Assembly (NCBI GenBank): GCA_001179505.1
Contig: CDMY01000613.1
Coordinates: forward strand, 62,001-126,000
Length of the DNA stretch: 64,000 bases
Source of the DNA: Vitrella brassicaformis CCMP3155
Taxonomy: Eukaryota > Protista > Chromerida
Direction: 5' to 3'
The translations under genes were made by a program, and so were the position numbers. Below, piece by piece: positions 37,196 through 47,993 of this stretch. Position 1 is the first letter of the stretch. Each line of letters begins with the position of its first letter. Under the pieces are notes generated by a model. That model made no database searches, was not told the DNA's origin, and was given only the letters and a program-made list of their open reading frames with translations.

Positions 37196-38362
37196 ATGGA
37201 GATTGACAGAAATAAGCATCTCCGTGTGCCTGATGCGCAGCTGGCGCTCGAGGTGCTCATCGAGAGCAAAAACCTCAAGTCCATCTTCGCGGTAGGCCGA
37301 GATCTCCCATACTCATCGCCAGATGGCCATCGATGGATCTCTCCGTGCCGTGCAAGTCAAGAAGGGCGAGAGCGATGAGGTGTATGAGGACCTATACGAC
37401 GTCATCGACCGCGGAGGCTGCTGGCACCGCTGGACCAGCGTCTTCAACGTCGGCGAGCACTTCGGCTCCTGCAGCCTGCCCATCGAGCTGGGCGAGGAGG
37501 ATCTCAAGAACGTCCCGCACAAGTCGCAGACCGAGGGCTGGCCCGAGGCGCTTCGCCAGTTCGCCTTCATCGGCCACAGACTGACGACGCGCGAGGGCGT
37601 GGGGATGGACCTCACACACAGCATGGGGCAGTTCTACATCCACGAGGGCGAGGCCAAGAAGCCCCTGGTGGTGTGGAGCCCTGAGGCGCTGGCGGGCCTG
37701 GGATGGGTGGGGGCCACATATGACGAGAGCAACCCCGTGTGTTCAGGTGAGGGTGAGGGTGAGGGCGTTGGTGGTCGCTGACATCTCATCTTCTCTGTGT
37801 GTTTGTTTCTGTGGGTCATTCATTCGTTTGCGTCCTGGTTGCAGTAGCAGGTGACGAGTATCTGTATGGCTCGTTCCGTGGGCTGGTGCTAGCGAAGTGG
37901 GAAGGAAACCAAGTTGGCCCGGCCATCATGATACCTTTGTTTGTGTCCGTCAGGGTGTTGGAGTGCCGTGTGGACTTCGGCTACATCGACACGGCCTCCC
38001 TCGGCGACGACCCCCACCGCTACAAGGAGGCCATGGAACTCACCCTGCCCGGCTGCCTCGGCATCAAATACACCGACAAGGAGGGCAAGGACGACGGCCG
38101 CATCTTCGTCCTCACCGGCCACAAGGCCGTGGACAAGTGCGGCGCCTACCTGACCATCAGCCGCAACAGCAGCAACGCAGAGGAGGTGACCATCAGATAT
38201 GGCTGTGTGGGGGCGGGGGCGGGCGGGGGAGAGGGGCGAGGCGGTGGTGGTGGTGGTGACGATGACGATATGGATGTGGACGACGAGGAGACGGGCATGT
38301 GCGGGGTGGCCACACGAGCCATGGGGGACAAGGCCTGGGTGCTGCTGGGCAAAGAAGAATGA
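37196..38362 (+). CDS. Lineage-specific hypothetical protein
   Basis: Coding-biased exons 37323-37746 and about 37848-38362 (DLYDVIDRGGCWHRW..., GRIFVLTGHK...); possible short first exon from ATG 37196 via a 31-nt intron; no known domain recognised. Confidence 0.7.
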
Positions 38363-40157
38363 GAATGACAACGCAAGCATACACACAAGTACGCAACGCA
38401 GCGTGTGAGATGGGCGGGGGCTGGGGGGGGGCTTCACGTGTGTATTCTGTGTGGTGTGGTGTGGTGTGGTGTGTTGTGTGCGTTCTTGTTTCTCTCCCCG
38501 TCTTATGTGTGCTGTGCTCTGTCAGATATTAGCTGAGAGGGTGGCGGGCTGGCTGTAGGTAGCACACAGCGGGGAGGGTGGTGGGTGAGGCCGGCGGTAG
38601 GTAGCATTCATGTGTGCGGTGCATGTGTTCGTGGTGAGTTGCTGACGGACTTGCGGGGCGGCGAGTGATCCGATTCGATTGGCCCCCTTCTCTAATTAAC
38701 CAGTGGATGTGATATGTGTGATGTATGTGTGTCACTTGTGGCCAGCCAGCTTTGTTCAGCTCATGCATCGGCGCCATTCACCACTCAACCATGTAAGTAA
38801 ACTAATCCATTGTCGCCCGAAAGACAATTGGCATGGCAAGCATCGACTCTTCAAAGAAACATACATGACCCTGCACCGCATCCGACCGTCCAGTCCGCCA
38901 CACATGCAGGCGCCAAAGCAGCTATCTCTCTATCGACAGGGCCACCATGCCCCTCACTGCTGAGTGAGTCTCTGGGGGCGGGTCGGGCGGGAGAGGCGAA
39001 AAGGCGACGACGGAAGAAATGCATGCACCTTTGATGCAGTGCAGCCTGCCTGTCCTGCCACTTTTGGGCACAGACAGCCAGGCATGCCGGTCGCCTCGCC
39101 TCTCGACCGCATCCACGCACGCACACCCACCTGCACACATGAATTGAATGGTGGCCGCACGGGACTGCACAGAAATGTACACACCCCAAAAATATACACG
39201 GTCATGCCAGCAGATCACATCCATGTCATTCCATCCATCCATCCATTCATCCATTGAGGCCCACCCACTTGTCCCTGCCAGCAGCGAGCGCCGAGACAGA
39301 CGCACCCACACACGACAGCCGGGGAAAGGGATAAGCTGACGCTCACACACTGTGGCGTGCGTCGGTAGGTGCTCGAATTCTCCCCCACCCCCCTCACACA
39401 CACACACACGCACCCCCCTCACGCAATCCGCAACCCGCCCGCCCTGTAAGTGTACCACATCCATCCATCCATCCATCCCACATCCCACCCACCCATCACT
39501 GTTGCCATTGACCACCCTGCCCTGCTCTCACCGCCCCCGCCCCCAACCCCCCGTCATTGAGCTCATAAAAGTGACCCTAGGACAAATACTATGTGTCTTT
39601 TTTTTGCCCTGGCTGCGGACGGACGTCTACTGCGCAGTCACTGTGGTGGCCTACGCGCGTGCGTGCGTCGTGCACGCGCAAATCGACACAGACAGAGAAA
39701 GGCGGAAGAAGACAGAGAAACCCCGTGGAAGTTGAGTTAGTGCAGTCAGTCAGTCAGCAGTCGACTCTCGCTCTGCCAGCCAGGCCTGCCATCTACGTCA
39801 GTCAGTGAGTGTGATACAGTACGTTATCCATGTGTGAACGTTATGTATGTGTACAATACCCGTCGGCAGGCAGGCAGGCACCAGGAGGCGAAACGCTAGA
39901 AGGAGCCTGCCTGCCTGTCTGCGCCGGGCATCATCATGACATGATGGATGCCTTGAGGCAGCCCAGTCAACATACATACACACACAGACAGACACACACA
40001 TGACATGCGCACAGACACACAGACATGGATTCACGCGCCCACCCCACCCCTCCCCTCCCCCCCAAACACAGACTGCCCAGCCCCTAGGTTGTACAAATGG
40101 ATGGCAACAGGTAGGTAAGGTAAGAGCAATAGGCATGCATCGGTGTGGTTCACTCAC

Positions 40158-41733
40158 TCATGCATCCGCCATCATAGCGGCCGGCGGCAGCTCACACGAC
40201 CCGTCGCTCTCGGTCTCCACCGTCTCCAACACGTCACCGTACTCAACAAACTCCTTGATCTTTCTGCACACGCGCACACACATGTATCACCTCTCTCTCC
40301 TTGTCGTTGTTGTCTCGTCACTTACCCGAGCAGCCAGACGCCGTACCACTCGGATGGCAGGTGTGGGAAGGGTGGCGTCTTCTGTGGGTGGGCCAGCAGG
40401 TGGTCGCTCATCCGCGGCACCGCCAGCAGGGTCCTTGGGGGACTGCCGCCGTGGCTCTTCGGGGACGCCTCGCCCTCTGCCTGCAGAGGGCGGTGTGTGA
40501 ACGGCTTGGAGATGTCGACGTCATACCGGGGCTCGTAGAAGAAGGGTACAGAGTATCGCTCCTGACGCAAGTCCACGACTAAAGAGACACCACCAACGAA
40601 CCACAGGCAGATCGACATGCCGCTCTCTCCTCCCCAGTGTTGTGTGTGTCGCTACCTACCACACCCACCCACCTCTGTGTCTGGTTGCCTTGAAGCGCCC
40701 TCCACTCAGCTTGGCCAAGGTATCCCCGATATTGACCACCAGCACGTCTGGCCTCGGCGGCACGTCGACCCATCTGCCGTCGCCTGTCAGGATCTGAAGG
40801 CCCTTGAAGTCGAAGGTCGCCAATATCGTCAGGAAGCCGGAATCCGTGTGCTCGGAGCAGTGCAGCACCGGCTCCCCCTCCGTCGCTGCGGCCTCAGCAG
40901 AAGTATCAGCAGCGGCAGGGGGTCTGTAAGGGTAGTGGATGAGGCGGAGAGTCGACAGAGGCAGCGGCTCGAACAGCGGCAGGAAGTAGTCACTCGGAAG
41001 GCCCAGCCCGACGGCCAGGACACTCATGATGGCGTGGCTCGCCCTCTGCACCACGGCCAGGTGGTCACTCAGGGTCTTGCTGAATGCTACAGACTCTGCA
41101 CACACACCACACCACACGGGACAAACAGAGATGCAACCACGTAGGCAGAGACACATACAGAAGGACGCCCACCTGGCGTGTCTGCTTGTGGGAGGAGGTT
41201 GGGCTCGTAGAGGTGCTTGAGTGGCCATGGGGGCAGCTGGTGCTGCAGCTCTGCAGGCACGTCGATGCCGATGTCGAGACCCTCCTTGTATGACGTCGTC
41301 TTGCTCTCGTTCGCTGCCGGCTGGCAGGGGAAGTACCCCTTGTAAATGTTGGGCTGTTTCGGGTTGAATCGACGCTTGCCTGGGGATAGGCAGCCATCGA
41401 AGGCACGTGTCTATGCCTTGTGTGCCTGCCAGTGGCCACATTTGCGTGTCTGTTACTTACCAATCTTGAGCTTGTCTTCCAATGGCGAGTCGAAGAACCA
41501 CTTGGCTGCTTCCAGAAGCCTCCTCTCGTCATAACCTGGGGACACACAAACAACCACTCTCTCGCTGTCTGGCTGTGTTGTGTGACTGTCTGCCTGACCC
41601 ACTCACCTGGTATGTTCTTGATGGCCAAGAAGCCGACGTGTTCCATTGCGTGTAGGACATCGCGAGAGGCCGCTGCGTGTCCCTCAGGCGACTCGAGGAG
41701 CGACAGGTCGATGGTTGGAATGGAACCCGTCAT
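40158..41733 (-). CDS. 2-oxoglutarate/Fe(II)-dependent dioxygenase, isopenicillin N synthase-like (DIOX_N + 2OG-FeII_Oxy)
   Basis: IPTIDLS...VGFLAIKNI, YKGYFP, LRLIHYP, EHTDSGFLTIL (HxD), GLQI, VVNIGDTL..ATRHR (His), RYSVPFF (RxS). Confidence 0.92.
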
Positions 41734-41944
41734 TTTGACTCAGAGGAGAGAAGAACAGAGGACAGAAGGCAGGTTGTAGAGGAGAAGAGGACAGAAGTAG
41801 GCGGCTTCGTTCGTCCTTTGGGGTTGTTTGTTGTCTTGAGCCCTCCTCCTGTTCTCTTCCTGCGAGCTAAGCTTCAAGCCTCAACTTGAGCTCGCGTGTT
41901 TCTTCTCTCTCCCGAAGATCTTGGTTAGTCCTAGAAGTGGAAAG

Positions 41945-44900
41945 ATGCGGCTGAATCACGTGTCCGTCCTCTCCTGCACCCATCGCCTCCCCATCCCCGC
42001 CCCTCCCCTCTCATCTTTCTGCGCCATCCAGCGTAGAGGCAAGAAGGACCTCTCCATGGTGCCGCCATGGTACAGGCACGCCCGCACCAATCACAAGATT
42101 AAGGCTCCCAAGGTCGACGTCACCGTCACGGCCAAGGCGCTGGGCAGCATTCACGACGCCGACGCTCTCACAGAGACGCTCGTGGAAGCTGTGCCCTGGC
42201 GGAGGGACGACCGGACCTTCCTGGCGGCAGCCGTCAGGAGAATCGATGAGTTGCTGCCGTCGTTGAGCCACAGCAATGCCGTCCAGCTGCTGATCGGCTT
42301 CGGCGCCACGAGGCGGCGCCACGACCCGGTGCTCGCCAAGCTGGTGGGGCGGATCGACCCAGCGGCTGTGGTGGATGAGAACGCCGTGGAGCTCGTCAGC
42401 GCGACCAAACGGCTCAACCTCGGCAGCGCTGGCTTCGACCTCTGTGACGCCATCTGCCGCCGCATTGCGGCTGAGGATATCTGGCTGAGCGAGAGTCAGC
42501 TGGCGGCGCTGATGCGGCTGCACGGCAAGACAAAGACCATCTCGCCGGTGCTGTTCGGCTATGTGGTGTCGCGTTGCCGGGATCGCTTTGACTTTTTCAC
42601 CGAGGACGAGATCGGCGACCTGTGCCGTGCCTTCCGCGACATCAGATACCGCGACGACGCCTTCTTCAAAGTGCTCCATGAGCACCTGCCCTACCGCCTA
42701 CACGAGTACAGGTGCGTTACGACACATACATCAGCTCAGCTGACCATTCGACATGATGGATGGATGGATGTCGGCCCTCCCTGCTGCACAGGTACTGGAA
42801 TCTGATAGACATAGCCGAGTGCTACCAGAAGCTGGATGTGCAAGACCGGGAGATCATCACGCGTGTCGGTGTGGAGGCGTGGAAGCTCATCTTTACCCTC
42901 AAGAAGACCTACCCCGTCAAGGCCCTCACCGTGCTCAGCTTCCTCGACGCCATGGAGCCGGGCGTCTTCAGGGGCATCCTGCGGACGCTATTCGGCAGCC
43001 TGCGGTATCGCATCCCCACCGACCTGGTCGCAGAAAGTATCGTCGCCTGCCAGAGATGCGGATACACAAGTGGGTGGGTGGGTGGGTCATCAGAAGTGGG
43101 ATGGATGGATGACCAGATAGCTCTGTTTGTTGTGATGCGATGCATGTGATGTGTTCCTTCTCTGTCTCGCTGTGTGTGTATGTTGCAGAGCGCAATTTGT
43201 ACCACCGTCTGAGTGTGTGGCTGCAGCAGCGTGTGCGGGAGATCTCCCGTCCCCTTCTGGTGACCGAGGTGGTGGCCGCCCTGGCCAAGGTGCCATGCAC
43301 CGAACCGGCCCTCTTCCGTGCCATTGGGCGGGAGGTGCAGCGCAACCCACAGCTCTACCACTTCGAACACCTTGTCTCCATCGCACGGTGAGTGAGTGCA
43401 ACACACACACGTATGGCCCACAACAATGTGTGTGTATGTCAATCTGTCCGCTTTTTCCTCAGTGACTTTGTGTATCTGGGGTATTCCCTGGAGCCGTTTC
43501 TGCAAGAGCTCTGCACCGCTCTTCGGCTGCCGGAGGTGCCGACATCCTCTCCATCCGCTTTGGCGTGTGTGCCCTTCGTGTTGGGTCACTGGTCGCCGCC
43601 CCCGTCGATGCTGCCCGGCGGGACCCACCCCTACAGGGACCTGCTGGCGCTGACTCTGGAGCTGCTGGCTGCACCCAACACTTATACGCTGCGGCGTGAC
43701 CTCTATGATGGCAAGGATGACGTCTGGGCAGAGGGGGAGGACAGGAGGATCAGGGATGTCCATTTCATGCCCGGCGGAAAGGTGGGCTGGGTGCCGCACA
43801 CACACACACAGGGGCGTGGGTAGGTAGCCCGCCTTCATCTGCTCTTTGTGTCTGTCTCCCTGTGCTTGTTTGCATCAGTATGAGATCCTGACCGACACCA
43901 GCACGTCCGACGATGCCTCCTACCCCTCCGACTCGTTCCCGCACCAGTCGGACCTGCCCCCTGCCTCCTCCCTCCCACCATCTCCAGCCACACACGTCCG
44001 TGTCGCCCGCATCCGCGCCAAAACAGCCAGCAAGCTTGAGGACTCCCTGCCCCCCTCCCAATACGGCAGGCGAGGTCGCCGGTCATCATCCCGGCGGCAG
44101 CAGCTGGAGGCGGTTGCGACGGTGGCCTCAGAGGTGGCCAAGGATAAAGAGGGCGGCACCGGTGTGGCCAATCGGCTGGCGTGGAGCTGGGACGTGTTTG
44201 GCATGCGCGAGCCTGGTGCAGCTGAGACGCGGTTCCCCTTCACGGCTCAGAACATCCTTAGGCTGCTCAGGGGGGAGCGGAGGCAAGAAGGAACGAGCGA
44301 GGAGCCGTCCGACGCTCCAGCAACGAGGGAAGAGCCCGTCACGCCACCACCAGCCGTCGCGGAGGCCACAACGGCCGCATCTGAGGCCCCCGCCGAGCCC
44401 ACCCCGCCCTCTCCCGAATCATCATCCAGCAGCACCAGCAGCAGCGGCGCCACTGTCGATGTGCAGGTGGTGGAGGTGATCAAGCGGCCGGCGCTTGAGT
44501 TCGTCAATGTAGAGGAGATCACGCTCATCATGCGGGGCCTCGACCGGCTCCGTGTTCGCCATGACGGGCTGCTGGAGCGGGTGACGGCCTGGCTGGGCCA
44601 GAGGTGGGAGGAGGTGGAGGCCTGCCACCTGACCGGCCTGCTGCACGCCTTTGGCAACCTGGGCTACTCGAGCACGGCCCTGCGGACCGTCATGGATCTG
44701 CTCGTCAAGAAGGTGAGAATATCAACCAGACAAACACAGCTAATGGGTGGAGGGAGGATGACGGTATCTGTTTTGTCTGTCTTATCGGCTTTCACTGTCA
44801 GCATGCGTCATCGCTTGCTGACAGCGAGGTGGCGGCGGCTGTGTGGGCGGCGTACACATTCGGGATGCGTGTGGACGACGAGCCATTCCAGCTGTTGCTG

Positions 44901-46081
44901 AGGCGATTCAGGGGCCTCGCTGTGCCGCTGGAACCGGAGCATCACCACCTCATGCAGGTGAGTGAGGAGAAATCGATCTGGACACACCAAACACACACCC
45001 ACGCCATTGGCATCTGTGTGTGTGTGTGTGTATCAGGTGTTGTCTGTCGCTCTGCGTCAAGACGCGATGGAGAACATGACATCCCGGTTCCCCGATGCCG
45101 CCTACGACTTCTGCCGCTGGGTCGACGAGCACCTGCCCGGGGCTCCCCAGCTGCCCCCCTTGCCGCAGGGCCGGGCGCTCTTCCTCGACAGTGTGGGTGC
45201 CTTCCTGGACAACATCCAGGTGCCGCACTCCCTGCAGTACCGGTACTTCCCCTTTGTCATCGACGTGGCCATCCCCGACACCACCACCGCATACACCTCA
45301 TCCCTCATCGGCCTGCCGCCAGAGGGACTCAGCCAGCACAACTGGATGATCCCTGACAGGCCCGATACGCTCCCCGCGGCCTCGAAGGCGCCGCAGCAGC
45401 ATTCGGCTTCCAGTGACCATCACGGCGGCCACGAGCCGGCTGGAGGGGAGGGAGGCAACGGTGATGGCTCGTCAGGTGGTGGCGGCGGTGTGCCGCTGCC
45501 GGCCTTCCCGAACATGCTGCCCGTGCTGGCGACCAACGGCCCCGGGGCGCTGCGGCACATCATGAATCTGGCGAGCAAGGGCAATCAGCAGCTCAACTTC
45601 AACGGGCCGCAGGGCGACATGAACGGCGGCATGAGGAACGGGGGATTCGACGGTACGCACTCAGCAAGAGGGCAGGCACAAAGGGGGTGGGCTGAGCTGA
45701 CCCCCTGCAATGTTTGTGGCCAGGTGGTTCGGCGACGATGATGGCTGGCGGCCCCACGGCGTTCGGCAGCCGTCAGGGGACGGCTCTGTTCCTGATTGAC
45801 ACCCCCGACAGCATCTACGTCAGGCCAGCAGAGGAGTGGAACCACGCCAACGCCGCCAGCGGCACCACACACCCTCACCAGATGACGGCATACGAACGTA
45901 TCAGGTCAGTGCAGTGCGGGGATCATCCATCCGTCCATCCATCCGGGCAGGCACAAAGCGAGCAATGGCGCGGGTGCTGTGTGTGTGATGCTTTGGTTTC
46001 AGGGAGGGTGTGCTGCATCGTCTTGGCTGGCGCGTGGCCTATTTCCCCAATAACTCCCTCGACATGGGCGGTCACACCTGA
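41945..46081 (+). CDS. Helical-repeat protein with C-terminal RAP domain; probably organelle-targeted RNA-binding protein
   Basis: Basic, acid-poor N-terminus; repeats of the type (EI)xxLCRAFxxLxY..F; C-terminal ALFLIDTPDSIY...TAYERI|REGVLHRLGWRVAYFP-stop, matching the RAP pattern LGWxV. Confidence 0.75.
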
Positions 46082-46622
46082 TGTGAGCGGCTGACTGGCT
46101 GAGTGATCAGGCTAGCTAGAGCAGGCAGAGAGTGAGAGATGTCGCTTTGACACGCGTTTTTCGTCGTCGACGATTTATGCATACATACAAGTGCGTTGGC
46201 GCCGTGCCCTGTCTACTCTACATATCAGTTGTGTTTCCTCCTCATCAGTACATTCTCCGGTTTCATAGCAGCCAATCCATGCACTTGCATGCACTTGTGT
46301 TGGCTGCCATGATGCTGGGCGCGATGAGCGTGAAGAAGACACGCAACGAGGTGGCGCGGCAGGGTGTACTGCCACATGGGTGGTGTACATGCATCCTGCT
46401 CCTATGGACGCTGGCATTCTCCGTGAGGCTTTTCCACATATTCCTTCACTGGCCAGCGTCGTACACGTCAATGACATTACACACGAGCACACAAGCGGTC
46501 ACACGGATCATCCATAAGTCAGTCTTCCTGCCCCCCACTGCATGGCGACGCCATCCTACGCTCGCAGCCCCGCCCACCCACTCCCCCACCCACAGCTCCG
46601 CGCTCCATATTCCCCTCTTCAC

Positions 46623-47929
46623 TGTCGTCGATGTCGGGGCCCTCGCAATCTCTCGGCCTCGGTGTGGGCGGCAATGTGGGGTCGACCTCCAGGGGCGAGC
46701 CGAAATAGACCGTCAGGAAGTCGGTGAAGCTCGGAAGCGGGGTGGGGGGATACTTTTGATAAACCTGAGAAGACAGGTAACAACAATGCAGGTGTGTCTC
46801 TGTGTGGTGTCATGTGTGTGGTCTCTGTGTGTGGTGTCATGTGTCGCTGTCACTGACCCAGTCAGACACCCTGATGATGGGGACGGCAAGCCTGAGCAGT
46901 GAGTGCAGCCGGAGGCGAGGGATGACATGACATGCATGAATCCATCCACTGTGTGTAGCATCCATACCAGATGAGAAACAGCGGCAGAATGAAGAAAAAG
47001 AGGCATCCTGCGATGATCAACGATACCCGATACGCTATCGGCAGCTGAATTATGGATGGAATGAATGAATGAATGAATGGATGAATGAATGAATGATGAG
47101 CCGTATTACATTTTGCCTCTTCTCACCACTGGCTTGCTCTTGAATTCCCCCTTGAGCACCAAGAAGATGTCCTCAACTCCCTGCACTGTCGCCGCGTCAT
47201 AGTCACCCTTTCGCAACGCTGCGAAACACACACACACGTCTGTCTGTGTATCTGCCTGTCGGAGTCTTGGCTTCTCTCGTCATTCTTAATTACCTGGCCT
47301 CATTCGTTGTATGACATCGGCTAGGTGTTGGTTCTTTAGCGTTTCCTGCGCCCCCGTGCCCGTCTTGACGTACACCACAGAGTCGTCCTTGCTGATGAGC
47401 ATCAGGATGCCGTTGTTGCACCGACCGTTGCCTATCGCCCAGTGGTTGCCCAGCTGTACCACGCCATGAGGACATCCATCAATCTCTGTCTTGTTGCTGT
47501 GCGAGTGTGTCTGCGTACTTTTTCAGCGAATCTCTCGGTGCCTGTGCCGTATCCGCCGAGTGTGTGTATCTGTTTGCGGCTCATCTGCTGCATGAGCGCC
47601 ACGCCCATCTCGAAGGGCCTCTTCCCCGGACCACACAACACAGACGTTTCCGACGTGATCCGACGCAGCGTGTCTGACACCTGCTCGGCCGCCTTCCTCG
47701 ACAGTATGCCATCAGGGTCGCAGATCTGCATCATTAATTGCCACACACACAGATCACATCACATTGCAGACGGAGATCTCTGCGATGAACGACAGCCTCT
47801 CTGGCTCACCCATCCGCTGGTCTTCTGTCCGCACGCGAAGGGCTGGGTAATTGGATCCGGATACTCTTCATACCGCCATGCCTTGCCATCAGCAGCGCAC
47901 GCACACAGCAGCGACACAACCAGGCGCAT
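46623..47929 (-). CDS. TPM-domain (TLP18.3/Psb32/MOLO-1-like) single-pass membrane protein; 3' end not resolved
   Basis: Signal-like MRLVVSLLCACAADG, then YPDPITQPFACG|ICDPDGILS..LGNHWAIGNGRCNNGILMLISKDD..TGTG..LRKGDYD, then TM segment SLIIAGCLFFFILPLFLIWY and a Pro-rich tail. Confidence 0.75.
47056..47096. repeat. (GAAT)n tetranucleotide tract in a TPM-gene intron
   Basis: ggaatgaatgaatgaatgaatggatgaatgaatgaatga. Confidence 0.85.
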
Positions 47930-47993
47930 GGCAAGGGAGAGCGCAATGTAAACACAGAGGTGCGAGCTCAAGAAGGCAGGCAATCCATGTGTG

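Noticed and set aside
38400-40150. 1.7-kb intergenic region as a hidden gene or ncRNA
   Set aside because: Dominated by CA/GT and CATC tracts; ORFs are short and low-complexity; no tRNA, snRNA or rRNA signature seen.
40158-41733. Dioxygenase as ectoine hydroxylase EctD partnering ectC
   Set aside because: It is DIOX/IPNS-type and lacks the EctD (PhyH-family) signature FxWHSDFETWH; it is also 17 kb away.
46330-46480. VYDAGQ-TGA-RNMW segment resembling a DHHC C-terminal motif with a recoded TGA
   Set aside because: No DHHC-CRD nearby, the similarity is too short, and the splice phase from the upstream exon does not support this frame.
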